Assembly (NCBI RefSeq): GCF_036321535.1
Contig: NC_087436.1
Span: forward strand, 51,276,001-51,340,000
Direction of reading: 5' to 3'
Length of the DNA: 64,000 nt
Source of the DNA: Camelus dromedarius
Taxonomy: Eukaryota
The notes under the pieces are model-generated. The model saw only the letters and a list, made by a program, of their open reading frames with translations, was not told the DNA's origin and did not search any database. The position numbers and the translations under genes are program-made. Shown here one piece after another: positions 53,990 through 64,000 of the stretch; position 1 is the stretch's first letter; every line of letters begins with the position of its first letter.

Positions 53990-54480
53990 CCAATCTAGGG
54001 TGTTGGTTACAAGCACAGAAACAACCCTGGCCATCTGAGCAAATGGGAATTTATTGTGAAGGTATTGGGAAGTGACATAATAAATGGGACACTGGAGGGC
54101 TGAACTAGGAGAAGGCACAAGAAATAGGGGTGCCCTGAGGGATGAACAGGCTGAACTGCAGTCAAGGTCATGCCACAAGAACAGCCTGACCTCTCTTTTC
54201 TATCCCTGCATGATGATTTATCTGACCTCAACTGTTGAATCAGCATCCCAGAAATGAAGATGGACAGAATTTAGGAAACAGGGCCAAGGGCGAATTGAAG
54301 AGGAATCTACCACTCTCAGCTTATGAAGTGGGAGGCTGCAGTGGGAATGAGTAACTTGGAATTCTTTTCTTGTGAAAGCTACAGTCAATGGGGAATCACC
54401 TCAAAAGGAATGATGGCAGCACCAATAGGAAGAGGGTAGGGAGGTTCAGATCCTGGGTAGCCAGATATGACAGATGTTTG
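53990..54480 (-). mobile_element. Old MaLR LTR (MLT1K/L/M-like)
   Basis: ggttacaagcacagaaacaaccctggccatctgagcaaatgggaatttattg. Confidence 0.55.
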
Positions 54481-55040
54481 CTGTTGGAAGGAAAGGTCTG
54501 TGGCACCAAATGAAAATGATCAATTTCTCAAGGATTAGAAAGATCCTCAAGCTCATACATGAGAAAGATTAGGCTCTGTCTTCTAAATTACCCATTGGCT
54601 ACTAGTACTAAAAGGAATATCAGTAATAAATATTTAATTTTAGGAATCTGTTCATACATGTATAAAGCAGTAATGCCAAATATCTAAGATAGCTGTGAAG
54701 ATAAGACATAATATATATAAAGCAGCTTTCACAGTGTCTGGTAAAAAAAACAAAAAGGCAACCTACAAGCCATAGTCACTAGCACTTTAAAAGCTGATGG
54801 ACATTCCACTTTCGCACAGGGGATTTTGAATTTGAGTTAAGTCTTCGAAAAATAATTGAGACATTTTGTTCTTCCCCTAAATGAATGGAAGATAAAATCT
54901 GGTTTTAAAATATGAAATATAGGCATTATAATAAATGACCTCAACCACAAATGAATGATTGATGACTCCTGGAGAATGTTTCATTTTGTATAGAAATAAA
55001 TGTTTTTGTGTACAGGTAATTACTATGTGACAAAACTTAC

Positions 55041-55080
55041 CAAATTCAAGTGCTGTCTGAATGATATAGGTCATTTTAAC
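55041..55080 (-). other. Candidate 40-bp exon
   Basis: Acceptor ccccttttgcacccacag and donor ttg|gtaagt; frame 0 reads VKMTYIIQTALEF. Confidence 0.25.
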
Positions 55081-56909
55081 CTGTGGGTGCAAAAGGGGTC
55101 ACTTTAGAATGCTTTCGGATAGTTCTCACCTCCTCTAAAGACTCTTCAGCAAGAAGACACTGCCACCACTGGTGACCCACCTCGTTCTCAGCCAAAACCA
55201 CGTGAGAATGAAGGTGTCTTCTCCACTATTCTATGTAGCGTTTGTTCACCTAGACCCAGAAGATTCTCAAGTCTTATTTAAAGTTTTCCCATGATTTTCA
55301 TAAACATGGTACCTTCCTCTGTGATGGAAAAAAAGCAAGTCCCTAAGGGAGTCAGATGCCACTCCCTCCCTTCCATTGTCCTTCCATGGGAGGATGCCCT
55401 GTTACAGTCTTTTCCTCTCAAAATTAGTAGCCAAAGGATCAGCTCTTTCTTAAAAATGTTAAATAGATTATTATGATAAACCTATGTCTTCAGCATAAAA
55501 ATGTCTTATGTGTCTTTACTGTGTTCCTTATGCATAAACTAATAAAAAGAAAGAGGATGAATACATTTGAGTGGAAATTGAAACAAGCAGCAGCCTATGT
55601 TGAAACAAGAGGTGAGACATAAGTTACCCACCATTATTCTGGAAAGGACATCCAACCCTCCCAATTTTCATGGTTGTTTTCTATGCAGGATGTTTGTAGA
55701 ACAGGCAATTGATTAAGTGCCTATTTAAAAATTACCAACTATGATTGTGTTATTTGTGCCCCATGTTGATGGATATTAGTGGAATGAAACTATTTTTAAA
55801 AATATGTTAAAATCTAATGGCAATGTTGGTCTTAAGAAAACCTTATATTTAGTTCCAAGGTAAATGAAATGGTTCAGAAGGCTGCACTGGTTTTTCCTCA
55901 GTGGACCACTGCATTTGACGGACGGTACTCTCCTTTTAAGTGCTAGTGTCTGGAACGCTGGACTCTGCTCAGCTTCAGCCTCGGAAGGAAAATAGATCTG
56001 AGCAAATGCTATTGTGACTCAAACTAACTGGGGCCACCCATTAGTATTCAATTCATTAAGTTTTAAAAAAAAAACTTTTTTTTTTTACCTTTGTGTACCC
56101 ACTATATTTTAAAACTAAAAAAGTTTTATATTCTAGCCACAAATCTGATGAATGTCTCGTTTGGTGCCAGGTTTTCTAAAGTTTGTTTTTCTGCAATCTG
56201 GACCTTCAAAGTAGGGTTAAAGTCAGATTATAAAGCTATTAATAATGAAGATCTGAACATATTTAAAGAGGAAATAATCATACTCAACACAATCTAAAAT
56301 TTTTATGTCAAGAAGAGAACTAACAAAAGATCTAATCAATGAATAATTTAAGGCTGATGCCATGATTATAGATGTAAGTGAAATTCTTCCTGAATTCGTA
56401 ATTTGGTATTTTTAGATTTTGATGAAAAATGAGTTTAATGAAGGTCATTTGATTTAACTAAATATTCTTAAGAGATAATTGAAAGAGAACACAGATTTCA
56501 TAACTAGGCAGTCAATGAATAAAGATCTGGTTGCAACTGTGGTAAATACTGGTATTTAAGTTTACTGAAATTATGCTGTAAGGTATTATATCTATGCTTA
56601 GATTACATAAAGTTCAAAAAGATTTTATATGATTATAAATATATGAGCAATTTGATGAATATTGTATTAGGTTGATTTGCAAGCTGGAGGAGGAAGAAGT
56701 TACTATGTTATGAATCAGATAACCCAGATGATGACCTCATAATATTTATTCATTTAACAAACATCAAGTAAGCACCTGAAATGTGAATTGAGTGCTTCAA
56801 ATGAAAATTGAGCAGTAAGGTAAATAGATTGGAAATTTCATATAGGAAAAATGTTATCAGATAAAAACAAGTGAAAAACTAAGTTAAATTAGACTCCAGA
56901 TATGACTCA

Positions 56910-57400
56910 GTGTACTAGTCAGCACTCCACTTAGGAAACAGAAAGCTTTCTAGACATTTCAATCAAAAGGGAACTTAATACAAGGAATGAAGAGATTATA
57001 AAATCTTTCAAAGAGCTGGGGGAGTTGGTTCAGATTAGCACTACTTTAGCTAAAATCCAGAAGTCAGGAAGCAGTTGTGTTATTACACCATTGATGCCAC
57101 ACCACCTGCCCTCAAAGCTTTGAGACTGGTGGCCAGACCCTTCAGTGTGGATCCCACTGGCCACAGACACTAAGGTGAGTCCAACCTCTTGGCTGGCTTC
57201 ACAGCAGCAGGGAAGTGCTTTCTCTCTCACCTGCATCTTCTGTATCTCCCATGAGACTACCTCATTGGCGGAACACATATCCCACGTCGCCCCTACCTGC
57301 GGGGGAGCCTGACAGATGTATGCTTTAGCCTCTCAGAACCTTAAATACAGGGTCTTCACAGAAGGGAATGAAAATGGATGCTAAATCCACATCCCTCACA
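56910..57400 (-). mobile_element. ERVL LTR (LTR33/LTR41-like)
   Basis: tgtactagtcagcactccacttaggaaacagaaagc...aaagggaacttaatacaaggaatg. Confidence 0.55.
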
Positions 57401-57727
57401 CTTAGCCTATTTTGAAGACTTATAATAGCCCTCTATAGGTTTCTTATCAGATGAACAAAAATATCAGGAAACTTTCCTCAAGCTATTCTACATTCACAGG
57501 TAACTTTACAAGTGGCTAAAGCTGAACTGTCAAACTGTGATACAGATCCCCATGGATGAAAGGAGTTTAGACATATAATTCAAAATTATTTTCAAATGAA
57601 ATTTTTGTTTCTGTATTTAGCACATAGAGAAATATTACCAGCTCAGCTGTTGTGCCCCAATGCTACTGAAGCCAGCTTTACATGTTAACTGTGTTTACTG
57701 TACTTCAAGATATGTACTGACGAAAGG

Positions 57728-57905
57728 TGATGAAGATGATGATGATAATTCAATGTTTATTGAGCATTTACCAAGTTATAGGTGTTTCATAAGCATTACT
57801 TATTTACTCTTCAAAACTACCCAATGAAATGCTACTGCTTTTAGTTCTCTTTTATCCAGGAGGAAACTGAGAATTAGATTAAATGACCTGACCAGTGTCA
57901 TACAA
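57728..57905 (-). mobile_element. MIR
   Basis: gatgatgataat...tttattgagcatttacc...ggaggaaactgag...aaatgacctgaccagtgtcataca. Confidence 0.8.
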
Positions 57906-57929
57906 CCCACCAAACCCTACCCTCTGGTC

Positions 57930-58240
57930 TTTTCCACCTTGGCAAACCATCATCCATCACACTGTTCAAGTCAAAAAATTCCAGCCTTATCTATATTCTT
58001 TTTTCTTACCTCCACGTCAAACCCAATAGCAGGGGCTGTTGACTCTACCCAAAAATATGTCTAAAATGTGCCTCCTCTCCATCAGCTCAATCATCACTCT
58101 CATCCAAGCCACCATGACCTTGTGAATACCACACGAGCCCCCTGCTTCTGTACTCTTGCCTCTCTACACCTTTCCTCCATCCTGCAGTCAAAGTGAATTT
58201 TTCTGCTTAAAACATTCCAATAGCTTTTCACTGCTGCTCT
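57930..58240 (+). mobile_element. L2 fragment
   Basis: ccatcatccatcac...tcatccaagccaccat...ctgcttaaaacattccaatagctt. Confidence 0.7.
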
Positions 58241-58874
58241 GAAAAAAATGTGCTTCCAAGTATTAAATAGAACTTAAAGTACTACTTTGAGTACCAGGGA
58301 AACAAGGAGTGATTTAAAAGTTCACAGATGAAATTTTAGCTTTCTGAAATTTTTTGATTGTTTTCTGGGTACCATTGCTAGCAGTGTTGGATCCCAGGAT
58401 GGGTCTGCATAATTCTGAGAGGAATCTGCATTGGCAAATGTAATGAAAACTTAGTAAGCTCAAGAAAGTCACACAGATAGCTTATGATCCATGCCACTCT
58501 TTTTGGCTCCCATGTCTTTGTTTTCAATGCCAAATGTGTATCTATACTGAGGGATTGTGGTGTTGCAGAGAAACACTTAGCTAAACACAAATGTAAAAGC
58601 AGATTCAGGTAGAAATAAAATCAGAAAATACTGAGGGAGATATTGCAATTTACTGAAATATGAAAAAGGAACGCACGGCGTTCACACTTCTTGTAAGTTA
58701 TTATATGACATGGAATAAATTTATAGTATGGAGAAGCATTATGAATATCTCAAGGAGGGGAATCGTCTCTCAGCAATGTTCTTAGTAACATGTAAAGATA
58801 AGATCTATGTAGGAAAATCCCACTGGTAACTGAAACTAGTTTTCAGTAGTTTGTAATATGAAAACTTAAGTGTT

Positions 58875-59465
58875 TGGTGGTATGGGAGACATAATTCTAA
58901 GGTGGCACCATGATCTCTGTTCCCTGGTGTCCAAGCTCAGTGTTAAACATTTCCCCCATTGGGTGGAGGTAGAATTTTGACTTGCTTCTAGATGACAGAA
59001 TATGGCAAAGTGAAGGAATTAAGGTCTCAAATTAGTTGAATTTGAGATAATAAAAAGACGTATCTTGGGTGAGCCTGTCTCTCTCAGGTAGAAGCCCTAA
59101 ATGAGGGCAGGGTTCCCCCCGAGGTGAGAGACTCCCGTGCACTTGATGGAGTAAGTAATCATGTTGATGACAGCCATGTGGCAAATAATGGCATGAGGCC
59201 TCTAAGACATGCCCTCAGTCATACAGCCACAAGGGAAAGCATTCTGTTAACAACCTGAATGAGCTTGGAAGCAGGTTATTCCCCATTTGAGCCTCTGGAT
59301 GAAAATTCAGCCTAGTTGACATCTTGCTTGTAGACTTGTGAGCATCCAAGCAGAGGACCCAGCTAAGTCATGCCCAGATTCATGACCCAGCGAAACTCTG
59401 AGATCATAAATGTGTTATTTTAAGCTGCTAAGTTTGTGGCAACTTGTTACATAGCATGGAATATA
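58875..59465 (+). mobile_element. MaLR solo LTR (MLT1E-like)
   Basis: aattctaaggtggcaccatgat...gacttgcttctagatgacagaatatggcaaagtga...aacaacctgaatgagcttggaagcag...ttttaagctgctaagtttgtgg. Confidence 0.9.
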
Positions 59466-59559
59466 TGTGGTTTCAAAATTAAGAGCAAATATGAGGCTTT
59501 GTACCTGGACAACTAATTCCTACCTGGTTTGATACATTCTTTTCAGTTTGTTGTCCCTA

Positions 59560-59800
59560 GTGCAGCTGAAGTGTTCACTTCAAAATGCACATATGACATC
59601 TTCTTTCCTGAAAACTTGTTTATGATTTCCATTGTTTTCTGGAAAAAACAGAATCCTAACTATTGCCCTGCATGATCCATTTTCATCATATTCTATGTTT
59701 TCCTTTGCCCTCTGTGCTCTGGTCATACCGGCTGTGCTTAGTATCTCAGATGCTCAGTTTCCTTCTGCCACAGGGCCTTTGCTTTTGCTATTCTCTCTGA
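59560..59800 (+). mobile_element. L2 fragment
   Basis: gccctgcatgatcc...tctgccacagggcctttgcttttgctattctctct. Confidence 0.65.
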
Positions 59801-60118
59801 TCTTAAACTACTGCTATTCTTTTGTGGGTTTAAAAGAACTTTTTCAAATAATTTTTCTGCTAAAATTTCTAAAGACTATTGCTATTTCTCCCACTCTCAT
59901 TTCAGAGGCTGGAACAGGAGCAGAACCTTCACGGACGTTTGCTCTTCTGGCTGAAGAACTGGTTTATTCATCAGAAAAGCCTAAAGCTTGCTTCTCTTTA
60001 TCTTTCTCAAGAAGGTGAAGAAGCAATAGTTTTGATCATCATAGATGGGTTAGTCTTACTAAACCCTTAAAGGTCTCTCGTGACCAAAATCCAATTGAAA
60101 AGGTGTATAAACATCTCA

Positions 60119-60286
60119 AAGTAAGCTCTAGAGATCTGTTGTACAGCATTGTACCTACAGTTAACAATAATGTATTATACACTAAAGAATTTGCTTAGAA
60201 GGTAGACTTATGTAGGTGTTCTTCTAAAATAAAATAAAATAAAATAAAATAAAATAAAATAAAATAAAATAAAACAAGACAAAACA
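60119..60286 (+). mobile_element. Very short L1 3' end with (AAAAT)n tail and TSD
   Basis: taagctctagagatctgttgtacagcattgtacctacagttaacaataatgtattatacact...; TSD aaacatctca at 60109-60118 and 60287-60296. Confidence 0.9.
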
Positions 60287-61777
60287 AAACATCTCAGTTA
60301 TAGTACCAATATATAGATGCGAGGGTGAAGAAAACATATGGTGATCACAAGTACAGCTCTTATGCTCTTCAATGTCAATATTAATGACAAGTCATCTGCT
60401 GGGATTCCCCGAGTCTGCTGATTCAGAAGATCTGGGAGGTACCAGGCATGACTTGCCATGTCTGAGTTACAAAGCATCTCCTTTTGCAACATTATGACAA
60501 ATGCCAATGTCTGGCAAGGATGCTTAAGGCTCCTTAGGGTGACTGCAGATGCTTTCACTGGGTGCCAGGCATGAATGCCAAAACAGCCTCAGCCCACATA
60601 TCCCCGAATCCCTTGACTTTTTTTTTCCTCAAGTGAAGAAAAAAAAGTGCCAGGGGCAAAACTGTAGCAGTTTTATCATAGTTGATATAACATGTCTATC
60701 CCTACCTTGAGAAATAAAGAAATAATCCATCAGATATTGCTGGCTAATTTCCTGAAGGCTAATTTCTGTCTCTGAGGGTCACCTCATGCAATAGAGGGCA
60801 GAAAGGCAATCTGAAGAAAACTCTCCCCCCTTGTTTCCATGGACTCAGAAATCCAGCATTTTATATACTTCAAGGCACGGCATCTTTGAATGGTCTTACA
60901 TCAGTGGAACCAAATTTGATGTTGATTTAAAGACATACAAAGAAACAGAGAACAGAAATTACAGCATTGTACTCAGAGACATGTTCACTAATTCATTTGT
61001 TTGATGACAAATTATCTTTATTCTGACTGAAACCAACTTTCATTATTTGCAAAATCCAGAACTTACGCTTTCGCTTTATGCTAACCAGGTGAAAATTCTG
61101 AATGCCAAGTAAGTATCACGCATGCTACCAGCTCCACTTACCCCGCCCCCACCATTTGCCACGGCCAACATCATTGATTGATCTTGACACAGTTTCCCAC
61201 TGAACCCAGATTTCAGACTCCGTCTTGACATATCACTGCGAACATCCTTCAGCCAGTTTTCCTTTTCCCATTAAATGGAAAAGGAGGCCAGCTTACGTAT
61301 ACATAAAATGTAAGCCAGAGGTTTTCAAACTGTATAGATTTCTTTATTGCAGGACAACAGTCTTCAATATCGGGCCGTCTAATAGGCTTTCCAAAAGGGA
61401 CCAAAATACATAGCACTTTCCCAACTCACCTGATCACAGAAATCCTTTTTAATTGAATACACATGAGCTCTTTGTCACAGAATTTGGGAAATGCTGTTAT
61501 AGCACCTTACTTACCACTGATGCATTTTTTTGACTTGATGCTTGGTGTTTATGGGTGGTCCAGGTGGTCACTCAACACTTAGGAATCATTGTTTTTAAAA
61601 TAACGATATGGATTTGATTCATATGCGATAATGCTGTGCCTAACAGCCAGTCAGATAACCAGCCTGCCCAGTGTATCACACTGTATTCACATTTCAAAGA
61701 GGATTATTTTTCACCAGCTATCTTCACTGAGTATTTGCCCAGGGCCAAAAATGTACTGATCACCTACGTCTCATTTA

Positions 61778-61892
61778 GGTAGAGTGACTGTCTACCCCAG
61801 TTTATGCCTGCATTTTTTTTTTAGCATAATCATTAGCAGTATTCCATTTTGCCATCAAAAGTGTCCTCTTTGGATGATAAATTAATTAAATA
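61778..61892. mobile_element. MER94-like hAT-Blackjack MITE
   Basis: cccagtttatgcctg...tcaaaagtgtcctctttggatgataaatta. Confidence 0.7.
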
Positions 61893-62054
61893 ATCTTTTT
61901 TACTTTTCATTCTCTAACAACCTATGCTAACGTTGGTATTGGTGATCCCATTCTACTAATGATTTAATAGAGCTGAAGGAAACTGAAAAACTGACCTAGT
62001 TTATTTTACATCACGAGGATAGAGCTGAACAAATAGTAAATTCGTGGGTCTTAC

Positions 62055-62127
62055 CTCAAAGCTCACGCTCTTGAATGCAGCGCTGCACTTCTCGTGGAAG
62101 CGCATGATGTCATGTAGTGCCTGCATT
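62055..62127 (-). CDS. Candidate internal coding exon of an unidentified gene (MQALHDIMRFHEKCSAAFKSVSFE)
   Basis: Acceptor ttcccttgctgttcttcag and donor gag|gtaaga; only one of three frames open; GC-rich third positions; retained CpGs. Confidence 0.4.
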
Positions 62128-62809
62128 CTGAAGAACAGCAAGGGAACCACACGTTGTAATTTACAAACGTGAGGTCTTTTGCACTTAGTCGTCCTGCTGT
62201 CTTCTATGTGGTAGGCCCTGCCTCTGAAGGTCAGCCCCACAAAATCAGGCAGGCCAACAGGTACGGTTGGCAGGTACAGTTACACAAAGGGCTGCAAGCG
62301 GGGCCTCCTACCAGCTCTGTGCCGATTAGCTGGGAGCGACCAGATCAGGCTCATGATGCAGACCCCTTTCTTAAGTATTTACCCATTTAGAAAAGCAATA
62401 TGCAGTAAAATTCAGTTAAGTCCAGGTTATCAGAGTCAGACCCCCTGAGCATTATCGGCATCAGGAAGGAACTCAGATGAGCCAATACTTAGCGCACAAA
62501 TAGGATACAATAATGACTTAAGTTACTTTTCATTAGAAAAATCCTGACAATAGTCTCATTTTTTTTTAAAGATTGGAGTCTCCACTAGTAGAATAATCTC
62601 ATGTTTGATTTATGGAAATGTATTAGAGCCATCCATTCTTTTCAGTATTTAATGGCCTATTTAAGTTATGCCACATGCACTTCAAAATAAAAACACAGAT
62701 TTATGTTATCACGGGGGGTTCCATGTTCAGAAGATTCCATATAAAGTTAACTGTTTTTATTTTAACAACATTCTTTTAAGTGTTAGCCTCATTTTACTTC
62801 ATCACATAG

Positions 62810-62992
62810 ATCAAGTTTCCCGACCTCGCACTGTTGACATTTTGGACAAGATAATTCTTGGTCCTGTGTATTACAGGATATTTATCAGCCTCCCTTGTCT
62901 CTACACACTAGATGCCAAGAGCACCTGCCCCACAGTCGTGACGATAAATATGTCTCCAGGTCCTGCCAAGTGCCCCAGCTGAGAACCACTAG
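62810..62992 (-). mobile_element. MER20 MITE
   Basis: cactgttgacattttggacaagataattctt...ctagatgccaagagcacc...atgtctccagg...ctgagaaccactag. Confidence 0.9.
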
Positions 62993-64000
62993 TCTAGATG
63001 CTTCTCTTTTTTTATCCTAGAAAATTGACTAAGTAGAAGAGAATGGAATTAATATTAAACATATTCTTTTGATAACATTTAATACCAATTCAAATTTCTC
63101 TAGAAGTCAGTCAGGTAAATTTAAGGACCCGAGGAAGGGGCTAGTTCTTGTTTAAGTTACGAGTGATGGCTTGGGAACTAATCCAAATTGAGGAAGGGAT
63201 GATGGGAAAGATAAAATATATTACCTACTGGTTGCTCAGGCCTCCAGAATCAGTGCAAAATCTTCAGAAGATCTTCCATGTAGGTCTTTCTTTTCTGTCC
63301 GTGACTAGGAAATCTCCAAGGAAAGTTCCTCTCTTCCTAGTCTGCTAGTCTAGATCCCAACATCTGATCTCTTCCATCACTAAAAAAAGCTTCTGTAGTG
63401 TGACTCAAATTTGCTGGACAGTATTCCGTATGTTAGGGATAAAGCCAGAGTTTAAAAAATACTGCTTCCCTCTGGACTTTTTCAGTTGGGATCATTCTTG
63501 AAAATGGATTACCTTTCTTCCACCTTAGCATTGCTCTAATATTCATCCTCCCTTCCATGCAAATGGCATGATGTGAACTCCTTCCGATCCCCCAGCTCCA
63601 ACTCCTCTAACATCTTCCTTCCTCTAGCAAAGCCTAATCATTCACGGAGGGGAGGAGCTGTGGCTAGGGAGGCACTGGGAGGACCTCAGTTACTTTTAGG
63701 TTTCTTGTTCTACATTTCGTTGTGATGACCAAGTAATAAGATTTCAAGGGCCAGAGTGTCTAGGGAAAGAGACTATTAAAGGGTTTTTTTTTTTTTTTTC
63801 ACCATGGTTTTATTCTAAATTAGCCCAGTTCATAAAGACAGTATTTAGAGGTCTTGAATTGAGACTTCTTCCTATGTTAAAGATCTGAATAACAGTCAGG
63901 CTTTATCTCCCACTTCCACCCTAACTGAATCTCAGGTAAGAAATGATCTAAAGTGCTTTGTAATTAGAAAAGTTCACATTTTGCCTGTTAATGGATTTCA

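Noticed and set aside
55130..55250. Extra minus-strand exon adjacent to 55041-55080
   Set aside because: The intervening intron would be only 49 nt, and all three frames contain stops.
56090..56700. Possible DNA-transposon coding remnant
   Set aside because: AT-rich with no TIRs or motif I could confirm by eye.
61067..61108. Overlapping micro-exon candidates on both strands
   Set aside because: Weak pyrimidine tracts; such matches are expected by chance.
37378..63565. Several scattered octamer (ATGCAAAT) sites
   Set aside because: Only modestly above chance for AT-rich DNA and not clustered.
1..64000. A novel multi-gene system (operon, CRISPR array, defence island)
   Set aside because: The DNA is mammalian and TE-rich. 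No ORF exceeds 156 aa, and there is no regularly spaced repeat-spacer array.

Overview
Repeat-rich mammalian genomic DNA: AT-rich, CpG-depleted, intronic or intergenic in character. It is most likely camelid (alpaca/camel), judged from a tRNA-Ala-like SINE at 14267-14365, cetartiodactyl-type L1 3' ends, and the absence of Alu, B1/B2, Bov-tA and CHR SINEs. Much of the window is recognisable transposable-element debris: MIR, L2, old L1M and younger L1, MaLR/ERVL/Gypsy-like solo LTRs, and MER3/MER5/MER20/MER94 DNA-transposon MITEs, several of them nested. I recognise no gene. The supplied ORFs are chance or TE-derived. The best non-repeat signals are a ~210-bp CpG/GC-box/G-quadruplex patch at 18.7-18.9 kb that looks like a small promoter, and a 73-bp minus-strand coding-exon candidate at 62055-62127. 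I found no support for a novel multi-gene system. TE family names were assigned by eye from remembered consensus motifs, so boundaries are approximate and need RepeatMasker/Dfam confirmation.
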